Part shown: piece after piece, positions 1 to 5,747 of the stretch
Numbering within the stretch: position 1 is the first letter of the stretch
How the letters are laid out: each line of letters starts with the position of its first letter
Virus record (IMG/VR): IMGVR_UViG_2690316285_000013
Direction: 5' to 3' (one strand)
Length of the DNA: 6,310 nucleotides
Source: a virus
Taxonomy: Duplodnaviria > Heunggongvirae > Uroviricota > Caudoviricetes
Notes under the pieces: generated by a model
The model's input: only the letters and a program-made list of their open reading frames with translations
Told to the model about the DNA's origin: nothing
The model's database searches: none
Made by a program: the position numbers and the translations under genes

Positions 1-31
1 AAAACACTATCAATAAGTTGGAGTCATTACC
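1..31 (+). mobile_element. IS1 right terminus (last 31 bp including the terminal inverted repeat); the element body lies left of the window
   Basis: Positions 1-31 (AAAACACTATCAATAAGTTGGAGTCATTACC) match the 3' end of IS1 as I recall it. The boundary is ambiguous by 1-2 bp because the flank continues with CC. No transposase ORF is inside the window. Confidence 0.7.
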
Positions 32-131
32 CCAATTTTTTACGTACGTAAACCACTAAATGATATTTGCGAGAATGCTACCGAGTATTGAAAACACCAC
101 TACAAATACATAAGCAAATCCCAACAAATAA

Positions 132-774
132 CCAACAAATAATTTCCAGTGTTATTTTTAGCCGGTTTAAATTGAACCTTCAAATTATAGAGCACTTATA
201 AATAACAGCCGTTAATATAAATTGGCTAATAGATTTATTTTTATTCAGCCAAGAGCCATGAATAGGATTCGATAGAAAAAAGTTCAGATAAAAATAGAGA
301 TCTACTTCACAAATCAAACGAGAAACCAAAACTTACATCTTGAAATAATCACATTGATTAGATGAATATTTATCGCGCAGTGACATCATTTTTTAATAAT
401 AGTTCAAAAAAAGGGCTCACGATGAAAAAATTAACAGTGGCAATTTCTGCTGTAGCTGCATCAGTACTGATGGCGATGTCTGCTCAGGCAGCTGAAATTT
501 ATAATAAAGACAGTAACAAGCTGGATCTGTACGGGAAAGTTAATGCTAAGCACTACTTCTCCTCTAATGATGCAGATGATGGTGATACTACTTATGCCCG
601 TCTTGGCTTCAAAGGTGAAACCCAAATCAACGATCAACTGACTGGTTTCGGTCAGTGGGAATATGAATTCAAAGGCAACCGCGCTGAATCTCAAGGTTCC
701 TCCAAAGATAAAACCCGTCTTGCCTTCGCTGGCCTGAAATTCGGTGACTACGGCTCCATCGATTACGGCCGTAA
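132..774 (+). repeat. Copy A of a 643-bp perfect direct repeat (porin upstream region plus the first 353 nt of the porin CDS)
   Basis: Base-by-base comparison shows 132-774 is identical to 1671-2313 (offset 1539). Copy A ends at the N-run, so its true extent is unknown. Confidence 0.9.
422..774 (+). pseudogene. 5' fragment (118 codons) of the NmpC/OmpD-family porin gene, interrupted by the N-run
   Basis: Same ATG, ribosome-binding site (AAGGG) and signal peptide ([25 protein letters not shown]) as the intact copy at 1961. The reading frame runs into N at 775, and the sequence after the N-run (1140 onward) does not match the porin 3' region. It may be a truncated copy or an assembly artefact. 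Confidence 0.45.
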
Positions 775-1139
775 NNNNNNNNNNNNNNNNNNNNNNNNNN
801 NNNNNNNNNNNNNNNNNNNNNNNNNNNNNNNNNNNNNNNNNNNNNNNNNNNNNNNNNNNNNNNNNNNNNNNNNNNNNNNNNNNNNNNNNNNNNNNNNNNN
901 NNNNNNNNNNNNNNNNNNNNNNNNNNNNNNNNNNNNNNNNNNNNNNNNNNNNNNNNNNNNNNNNNNNNNNNNNNNNNNNNNNNNNNNNNNNNNNNNNNNN
1001 NNNNNNNNNNNNNNNNNNNNNNNNNNNNNNNNNNNNNNNNNNNNNNNNNNNNNNNNNNNNNNNNNNNNNNNNNNNNNNNNNNNNNNNNNNNNNNNNNNNN
1101 NNNNNNNNNNNNNNNNNNNNNNNNNNNNNNNNNNNNNNN
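775..1139. other. Run of 365 undetermined bases (N): an assembly gap or masked sequence
   Basis: Directly visible. ORFs in the track that cross it (X residues) are not interpretable. Confidence 0.95.
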
Positions 1140-1226
1140 CGGATTGTTCAGGCTCCAATAGGTTGAGTATGCCGTATTTATTTTCCAAAATAAAAATCGA
1201 TGCTGTTGCTCCTTCATAAAATACTT

Positions 1227-1669
1227 TTACTCTCTGGACGCTTTTCTTAGCTCTCTTGGTGTTATCTTAAAACGATTATGGAACCTTTCAGTAAAACGAG
1301 AAGGACACTTGTAACCATTTTCCCTGGCAATCTCGCTGATGGGTTTTACTGTCGTTTGTATAGCAGACAACGCATTATTTAACCTCACGTCGTCCAATAT
1401 ACTTTGAAAACTTACTCCCTCGCTTGCCAGACGGCGATGCAATGTGGAAACAGAAATGTAGAGATATCTCGCTACCTTGTTTGCTGTCCATTTTGTTCCA
1501 GGTTCGGATAGCATTAGGTTATAACAACGACTTATTAATGATTGTTTACTATCTGATAAAAGTAAACAATTAACATGATGTGCTCCTAATGAAAGTAGAA
1601 CGCCCATTGCTAAGTGTTCCTGAATTTGCGTTGAGAAGCCTCGGGAAATAGATGTTTTTAGTTGCTCCC
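1227..1669 (-). pseudogene. 3' fragment of an AraC/XylS-family transcriptional regulator gene (C-terminal helix-turn-helix domain); the 5' part is missing at the junction at 1670
   Basis: The minus-strand translation (...[83 protein letters not shown]...) has the typical two-HTH AraC C-terminal signature. The frame stays open upstream of the listed Met all the way to the N at 1670 (…[23 protein letters not shown]…), so the gene is truncated by the junction and has no real start. It may be a ybcM-like prophage regulator, but I cannot confirm identity from memory. Confidence 0.6.
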
Positions 1670-1670
1670 N

Positions 1671-2313
1671 CCAACAAATAATTTCCAGTGTTATTTTTAG
1701 CCGGTTTAAATTGAACCTTCAAATTATAGAGCACTTATAAATAACAGCCGTTAATATAAATTGGCTAATAGATTTATTTTTATTCAGCCAAGAGCCATGA
1801 ATAGGATTCGATAGAAAAAAGTTCAGATAAAAATAGAGATCTACTTCACAAATCAAACGAGAAACCAAAACTTACATCTTGAAATAATCACATTGATTAG
1901 ATGAATATTTATCGCGCAGTGACATCATTTTTTAATAATAGTTCAAAAAAAGGGCTCACGATGAAAAAATTAACAGTGGCAATTTCTGCTGTAGCTGCAT
2001 CAGTACTGATGGCGATGTCTGCTCAGGCAGCTGAAATTTATAATAAAGACAGTAACAAGCTGGATCTGTACGGGAAAGTTAATGCTAAGCACTACTTCTC
2101 CTCTAATGATGCAGATGATGGTGATACTACTTATGCCCGTCTTGGCTTCAAAGGTGAAACCCAAATCAACGATCAACTGACTGGTTTCGGTCAGTGGGAA
2201 TATGAATTCAAAGGCAACCGCGCTGAATCTCAAGGTTCCTCCAAAGATAAAACCCGTCTTGCCTTCGCTGGCCTGAAATTCGGTGACTACGGCTCCATCG
2301 ATTACGGCCGTAA
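1671..2313 (+). repeat. Copy B of the 643-bp perfect direct repeat (part of the intact porin locus)
   Basis: Identical to 132-774. It is preceded by a single N at 1670. Confidence 0.9.
1879..1908 (+). promoter_or_regulatory. Candidate sigma70 promoter for the porin gene (TTGAAA -35-like hexamer, AT-rich -10 region about 18 bp downstream)
   Basis: TTGAAA at 1879-1884 and GAATAT/AATATT near 1903-1909, about 50 nt upstream of the ATG at 1961. The -10 match is weak and the call is by eye only. The same motif sits in copy A at 340-370. Confidence 0.2.
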
Positions 2314-3043
2314 CTACGGTGTAGCATACGACATCGGTGCGTGGACTGACGTCCTGCCAGAATTCGGTGGTGACACTTGGACTCAAACAGATGTGTTCAT
2401 GACTGGTCGCACCACTGGTGTTGCAACTTATCGTAACAACGACTTCTTTGGTCTGGTTGATGGTCTGAACTTTGCTGCTCAGTATCAGGGTAAAAATGAC
2501 CGCACTGACGTAACTGAAGCTAATGGTGATGGTTTCGGTTTCTCCACTACTTATGAGTATGAAGGATTCGGTGTAGGTGCAACCTATGCTAAATCTGACC
2601 GCACTAATAATCAGGTTATCTACGGTAACAACAGCCTGAATGCATCTGGTCAAAATGCTGAAGTATGGGCAGCTGGTCTGAAATATGATGCGAACAACAT
2701 CTATCTGGCTACCACCTATTCTGAAACCCAGAACATGACTGTTTTTGGTAATAACCATATTGCCAACAAAGCACAAAACTTCGAAGTAGTTGCACAATAT
2801 CAGTTCGACTTCGGTCTGCGTCCGTCCGTTGCTTACCTGCAATCTAAAGGAAAAGACTTGGGTGCGTGGGGTGATCAGGACCTGGTTGAATATATTGATG
2901 TAGGTGCAACCTATTACTTCAACAAAAATATGTCCACTTTTGTTGATTACAAAATCAACCTGATTGATAAGAGCGATTTCACGAAAGCATCTGGCGTTGC
3001 TACCGATGATATCGTTGCTGTAGGTATGGTTTACCAGTTCTAA
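1961..3043 (+). CDS. nmpC: Outer-membrane general porin of the OmpC/OmpF superfamily, closest to the prophage-borne NmpC/OmpD/Lc group (360 aa precursor)
   Basis: ATG at 1961 with AAGGG 8 nt upstream. The N-terminus is a classic signal peptide ending AQA/AE, followed by the porin hallmark [17 protein letters not shown] and PEFGG and a C-terminal VYQF beta-barrel signal. It lies next to lambdoid Q, as nmpC does in DLP12. The ORF-track start at 1901 (MNIYRAV...) is an upstream in-frame extension without a ribosome-binding site and is rejected. The gene symbol is less certain than the family. Confidence 0.85.
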   Translation: MKKLTVAISAVAASVLMAMSAQAAEIYNKDSNKLDLYGKVNAKHYFSSNDADDGDTTYARLGFKGETQINDQLTGFGQWEYEFKGNRAESQGSSKDKTRLAFAGLKFGDYGSIDYGRNYGVAYDIGAWTDVLPEFGGDTWTQTDVFMTGRTTGVATYRNNDFFGLVDGLNFAAQYQGKNDRTDVTEANGDGFGFSTTYEYEGFGVGATYAKSDRTNNQVIYGNNSLNASGQNAEVWAAGLKYDANNIYLATTYSETQNMTVFGNNHIANKAQNFEVVAQYQFDFGLRPSVAYLQSKGKDLGAWGDQDLVEYIDVGATYYFNKNMSTFVDYKINLIDKSDFTKASGVATDDIVAVGMVYQF

Positions 3044-3067
3044 TTTGATTACTAAAAGATATGTTGC

Positions 3068-3114
3068 GGGAGGCTTTGCCTCCCCAATATATAAGTGGCT
3101 CCCTCAAGCCACTT
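3068..3114 (+). terminator. Two adjacent stem-loops downstream of the porin gene (GGGAGGC-TTT-GCCTCCC at 3068-3084; AAGTGGCT-CCCTCA-AGCCACTT at 3093-3114)
   Basis: Perfect 7-bp and 8-bp inverted repeats seen directly. Neither is followed by a clean T-run, so terminator function is uncertain. They could also be a Q-utilisation or other regulatory element for minus-strand transcription. Confidence 0.3.
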
Positions 3115-3180
3115 CCTTTAGGAGCACAACCTTGCTTCTAACTATATAAACCTTCTGTTATATATTACCCTTTATTTTTG

Positions 3181-3214
3181 GGGGCGTTGCAACGCCCCAT
3201 TTTTAATAATTTTT
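3181..3214 (+). terminator. Rho-independent terminator (GC-rich palindrome GGGGCGTTGCAACGCCCC followed by ATTTTTAATAATTTTT)
   Basis: GC-rich hairpin followed by a T-rich tract on the plus strand, between the convergent porin (stop 3043) and Q (stop 3232). The T-run favours plus-strand termination of the porin transcript. Confidence 0.5.
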
Positions 3215-3231
3215 AGTAAACAATTGGCATA

Positions 3232-3615
3232 TTAATTAGAGTTATTAACAACGATATCCATCTCTAACCGGATATCTAATGCCATTAACATCCCTTCAAT
3301 TATGCCCTCAGCCTTCTGTAACCTTTTCCCGATATAACCATCAGAGCAGCAATGCTTACCTGCCAGTGACATGAATGTCATACCGACTACATAATAATCT
3401 ACTAATAAATCGTGCAAATCGCTGTTGTTCTTTTTCAGACGGGCCATGCACCCGCAAATAATCATCGCGTCATCGTCACAACATTGCGGGCGAGATTTTA
3501 CTTTTGAAGTAATTAATCCCTTAAAACCGGCGGCAATGGACGACCAGGTCACATCTTCATGATTATTAGCCGCCCACGCTCCCCAACGCTCAAGAACCAT
3601 CTGAATATCACGCAT
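3232..3615 (-). CDS. quuD: Lambdoid late-gene antiterminator Q (127 aa)
   Basis: The translation ([31 protein letters not shown]...[18 protein letters not shown]...) matches the DLP12/phage-82-type Q family as I recall it. ATG at 3615 with GGAG 8 nt upstream. The ORF-track start at 3630 uses TTG with no ribosome-binding site and is rejected. Confidence 0.8.
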   Translation of the reverse strand: MRDIQMVLERWGAWAANNHEDVTWSSIAAGFKGLITSKVKSRPQCCDDDAMIICGCMARLKKNNSDLHDLLVDYYVVGMTFMSLAGKHCCSDGYIGKRLQKAEGIIEGMLMALDIRLEMDIVVNNSN

Positions 3616-3700
3616 CAACTTACTCCACAAAAATCAGACCAGAACGCCAATTACAAGCAAAAATCAACAAAACAGTATTAGTTGATTGTTATCTCTGACT

Positions 3701-3841
3701 TCATACTCCTGCTCCTGTCAGGGTTTTGGCGTAATTCTTCAGTATTCGGTAATCGGTCAAAACAGAACCGGGGAAACGATATAAGCGCAGATGCCCCCAG
3801 CGGTGGCGAAGAAGTTCTGCCATATAAAACTCAAACATCAT
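3701..3841 (-). CDS. ylcG: Small 46-aa protein, YlcG-like, translationally coupled to rusA (ATGA overlap)
   Basis: Minus-strand [49 protein letters not shown], which I translated by hand. Its start ATG (3841-3839) overlaps the rusA stop (3840-3838). The size and position between rusA and Q match ylcG of DLP12, but identity is not verified. It is not in the supplied ORF track. Confidence 0.4.
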   Translation of the reverse strand: MMFEFYMAELLRHRWGHLRLYRFPGSVLTDYRILKNYAKTLTGAGV

Positions 3842-4200
3842 TCATTCCCCATTTCGGTGATGGTCAGTTCCAGCCTCCCACCTTTGGTAACAGGCATCTT
3901 CACAACGCGGTAATCAACGACCTGAGCATCATCCAGCCAGAAACCTGCTTTGGTGAGTGCGTCAAAAGCGGCTTTTTGCAGATTATCCAGGTCACGGCGA
4001 CGGCGATCCGGCATGTGGCACTCAATACGGATTTTCACTGGCATAGCCAGGCCGATATCCAGCATTGCGTTTTTAATGATTCGGGTGACGTTATCGCGGT
4101 ATGCCTGCCCTTCTGCGCTGATGTGTGTGCGCCCGCGATTATGGCGGTAATAGCGGTTATTGCTCGGAGGCCAGGGTAATGTGATGCTGTAGGTATTCAC
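3838..4200 (-). CDS. rusA: RusA Holliday-junction resolvase (120 aa)
   Basis: [23 protein letters not shown]... and the acidic catalytic region [18 protein letters not shown]...WLDDAQV match RusA. The start codon is GTG at 4200-4198, overlapping the ybcO stop. Confidence 0.85.
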   Translation of the reverse strand: MNTYSITLPWPPSNNRYYRHNRGRTHISAEGQAYRDNVTRIIKNAMLDIGLAMPVKIRIECHMPDRRRRDLDNLQKAAFDALTKAGFWLDDAQVVDYRVVKMPVTKGGRLELTITEMGNE

Positions 4201-4487
4201 GCCTTAATAACCCCCTCTTTCAGCCAGATAACCTGCGTTCTCGCCATACCTTCCAGCGCGCATTCTTTTGCATACTCAGCATCGACAAAATATGTGCGGC
4301 GGTCGATTTCGTCGTGACAGGCAGAACATGCAATGGTGGCAATCAGGTCTGGCGGTTTGATACCGGTACCGCACAATCCAGCCAGCCGGATATGTGCCAG
4401 TACTGACGTTTCAGGATTGCCATTACATACGCCAGGGATTCTTACCTGGCATTCCCGACCACGCGCTGCTTTTCTCAAATCAGCCAT
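4197..4487 (-). CDS. ybcO: YbcO-like Cys-rich protein (DUF1364; putative prophage nuclease), 96 aa
   Basis: ATG at 4487 preceded by AGGAGG (plus-strand TCCTCC at 4491-4496). The protein [23 protein letters not shown]...CSACHDEID is Cys-rich. The ORF-track start at 4526 is a 13-codon upstream extension and is rejected. The start overlaps the ninE stop by 8 nt. Confidence 0.7.
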   Translation of the reverse strand: MADLRKAARGRECQVRIPGVCNGNPETSVLAHIRLAGLCGTGIKPPDLIATIACSACHDEIDRRTYFVDAEYAKECALEGMARTQVIWLKEGVIKA

Positions 4488-4650
4488 GATTCCTCCTTGC
4501 TGCCAGTCGCAACCATTTTTTATCAACCAGGCTAGCGGTATATCCGAGCAGTGTTGGTATTTCGGATGGCTTCAGCTCAGGCTTACGCTTACGACGATTT
4601 GATACTCTGTAGATGTGCCCGTTCATGACACGAATAAGCGGTGTAGCCAT
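4480..4650 (-). CDS. ninE: NinE-like small protein (56 aa)
   Basis: Hand-translated minus-strand [59 protein letters not shown]. Its ATG (4650-4648) overlaps the ninB stop (TAATG), and its position between ninB and ybcO matches lambdoid nin regions. It is not in the supplied ORF track. Confidence 0.6.
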   Translation of the reverse strand: MATPLIRVMNGHIYRVSNRRKRKPELKPSEIPTLLGYTASLVDKKWLRLAARRNHG

Positions 4651-5105
4651 TACGCCTCCTGCTTATCGCGCAGCTGCTGGTATTCACAGCTCTGCGGAAT
4701 TGTCAGGTGGCAGCCGATATTCATCGCCCAGGCTTCGACTTTGCACAGGAAGATGTACATCTCGCCGGTTTCCAGCTCTGACGTATGGCGGAGGGATTGG
4801 ACGGTGGTGACCTCGCCGGACACGACATCTACACGGTCTTTGCTTTCGTAGCCGAGATAGGTGTGCTTCATCGCGTCTTTGACCCACTCAGGCGTAGCGA
4901 AGGTCTTGCCGCGGGCGATGAGATATTCGCTGATCTCCGTGTACCACATGTGGCTGAGCGCGTTCTGCGACAGGCTGCGCTTCTCGCGCCACGGCTTAAC
5001 CTGCAGGCGTAAGCATTGCCCGGCATCCAGCAATGGCTGAATCTGCTGGCCGATGGCCGCGAAGTTACCGCGATGGAGTTTGATGCCGTCTACTGGCAGA
5101 GTCAT
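4650..5105 (-). CDS. ninB: NinB/Orf-family recombination mediator (151 aa; YbcN-like)
   Basis: ATG at 5105 with GGGAGG upstream. Length and motifs (RSLSQNALSHMWYTEISEYL) are consistent with the lambda NinB family. It is the first long gene of the minus-strand operon. Confidence 0.8.
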   Translation of the reverse strand: MTLPVDGIKLHRGNFAAIGQQIQPLLDAGQCLRLQVKPWREKRSLSQNALSHMWYTEISEYLIARGKTFATPEWVKDAMKHTYLGYESKDRVDVVSGEVTTVQSLRHTSELETGEMYIFLCKVEAWAMNIGCHLTIPQSCEYQQLRDKQEA

Positions 5106-5197
5106 ACGGCCTCCCTAACGGAAACCGCAGAATGCAGAAAATCGCAGGTGCATTTCTGCATCTGTGACAAGGTGATGAGTTCAGATTGTGGTCGCAT
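5102..5197 (-). CDS. Small 31-aa ORF, translationally coupled to ninB (ATGA overlap); possibly ylcH-like
   Basis: Hand-translated MRPQSELITLSQMQKCTCDFLHSAVSVREAV. It has an AAGGGGA ribosome-binding site 6 nt upstream, and its stop overlaps the ninB ATG. It is very short, so this is a low-confidence call. Confidence 0.3.
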   Translation of the reverse strand: MRPQSELITLSQMQKCTCDFLHSAVSVREAV

Positions 5198-5216
5198 TTA
5201 AGTCCCCTTAAATGCG
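5132..5216. promoter_or_regulatory. Two inverted repeats upstream of ninB (ATGCAGAAA-12 bp-TTTCTGCAT at 5132-5161; CGCATTTAA-GTCCCC-TTAAATGCG at 5193-5216)
   Basis: Perfect 9-bp arms seen directly. The second repeat encloses the ribosome-binding site of the small ORF. Candidate roles are operator, RNA structure or an early-operon terminator of the tR2 type, with no clean U-tract. Confidence 0.3.
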
Positions 5217-5369
5217 CAGAAGTCACCGGAGTTGTTCAGGCTCCGATGAGAGGATTATGGCGGATTGATTACGATAAATCAAAACTATCTTGAAGCCAAA
5301 ACAGTGATCTTCGCTTTAAAAACCTTGTATACTTTCACCTAATCACAGCCAGAACTATGGATCTAACCA

Positions 5370-5747
5370 ATGACCAACAAAGAAAACAAAGATAAATATA
5401 TTAACAAGTTCAAGAAAGAGCTTTCAAAATATATACAACCAACTGCTGGAGTGGACATTCAATTATTTAACTCTAAGGATGGTGGTGGTGTAATTAAAGC
5501 CACTTTGAATAGAAGTGGAAAAAGAAAATCATCTATTGCTGGTAATTTTACTAAATTAGGTGAGGCAATTACCTCGAGTGGGCAGAGGGTTTTTGGTGGT
5601 GATCTATCAAATGTGAATTTTTACGGAACAAATACGATTTTTGATGGAGATACAATATTTTTAATTAAATCACCTGATTCAGAGGAGTGGTCATCACAAA
5701 AAGCTTCCAAAGACGTAGAGGGCATCGTATTTGGAGGGAAAAAATGA
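5370..5747 (+). CDS. Hypothetical hydrophilic protein, 125 aa, Lys- and Gly-rich, no signal peptide or transmembrane segment; first gene of an AT-rich two-gene cassette
   Basis: ORF from ATG 5370 to TGA 5745-5747, with an in-frame stop 2 codons upstream, so it is not a fragment of a longer frame. The ribosome-binding site is weak (GGA about 9 nt upstream). Base composition is much more AT-rich than the adjacent nin genes. I recognise no family. Confidence 0.55.
   Translation: MTNKENKDKYINKFKKELSKYIQPTAGVDIQLFNSKDGGGVIKATLNRSGKRKSSIAGNFTKLGEAITSSGQRVFGGDLSNVNFYGTNTIFDGDTIFLIKSPDSEEWSSQKASKDVEGIVFGGKK

Noticed and set aside
461-694. 77-aa minus-strand ORF
   Set aside because: Antisense to the porin 5' fragment (identical to part of the 2000-2842 shadow ORF).
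362-1219. 285-aa plus-strand ORF reading through the N-run (and the minus/plus ORFs 669-1217, 744-1166, 763-1188)
   Set aside because: These frames are open only because N translates as X. The post-gap sequence is not porin-like, so this is not one continuous gene.
1901-1960. Upstream in-frame extension of the porin ORF ([20 protein letters not shown])
   Set aside because: No ribosome-binding site at 1901. The signal peptide and ribosome-binding site define the start at 1961.
2000-2842. 280-aa minus-strand ORF
   Set aside because: Lies entirely antisense within the porin CDS, which has strong family signatures; a shadow ORF.
3616-3630. Five-codon N-terminal extension of Q from a TTG start
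   Set aside because: ATG at 3615 has a GGAG ribosome-binding site and gives the family-typical N-terminus MRDIQ.
3950-4150. 66-aa plus-strand ORF
   Set aside because: Arg-rich shadow frame antisense to rusA.
3682-4179. 165-aa plus-strand ORF
   Set aside because: Antisense to ylcG-like and rusA; no ribosome-binding site; low-complexity translation.
4488-4526. 13-codon N-terminal extension of ybcO (MIKNGCDWQQGGI)
   Set aside because: The internal ATG at 4487 has a consensus AGGAGG ribosome-binding site and gives the 96-aa length expected for YbcO.
4333-4602. 89-aa plus-strand ORF
   Set aside because: Antisense to ybcO and ninE.
4613-4851. 65-aa and 78-aa plus-strand ORFs (4613-4810, 4615-4851)
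   Set aside because: Antisense to ninB; Arg/Ser-rich shadow frames.
4684-4887. 67-aa minus-strand ORF
   Set aside because: Alternative frame inside ninB; Arg-rich; no independent start signals.
4785-5012. 75-aa plus-strand ORF
   Set aside because: Antisense to ninB.
5016-5201. 61-aa plus-strand ORF
   Set aside because: Overlaps the ninB start and the palindromic leader region on the opposite strand; no ribosome-binding site. The minus-strand small ORF is a better explanation.
5357-5395. Short ATG-initiated frame (MDLTNDQQRKQR) just upstream of the first cassette gene
   Set aside because: Only 12 codons; probably fortuitous, though it leaves the exact start and ribosome-binding site of the 125-aa ORF somewhat uncertain.
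5687-5743. Upstream non-ATG start for the membrane-protein ORF
   Set aside because: It lies inside the preceding gene in another frame. The ATG at 5744 with GGAGGG 5 nt upstream and the ATGA overlap is far more plausible.
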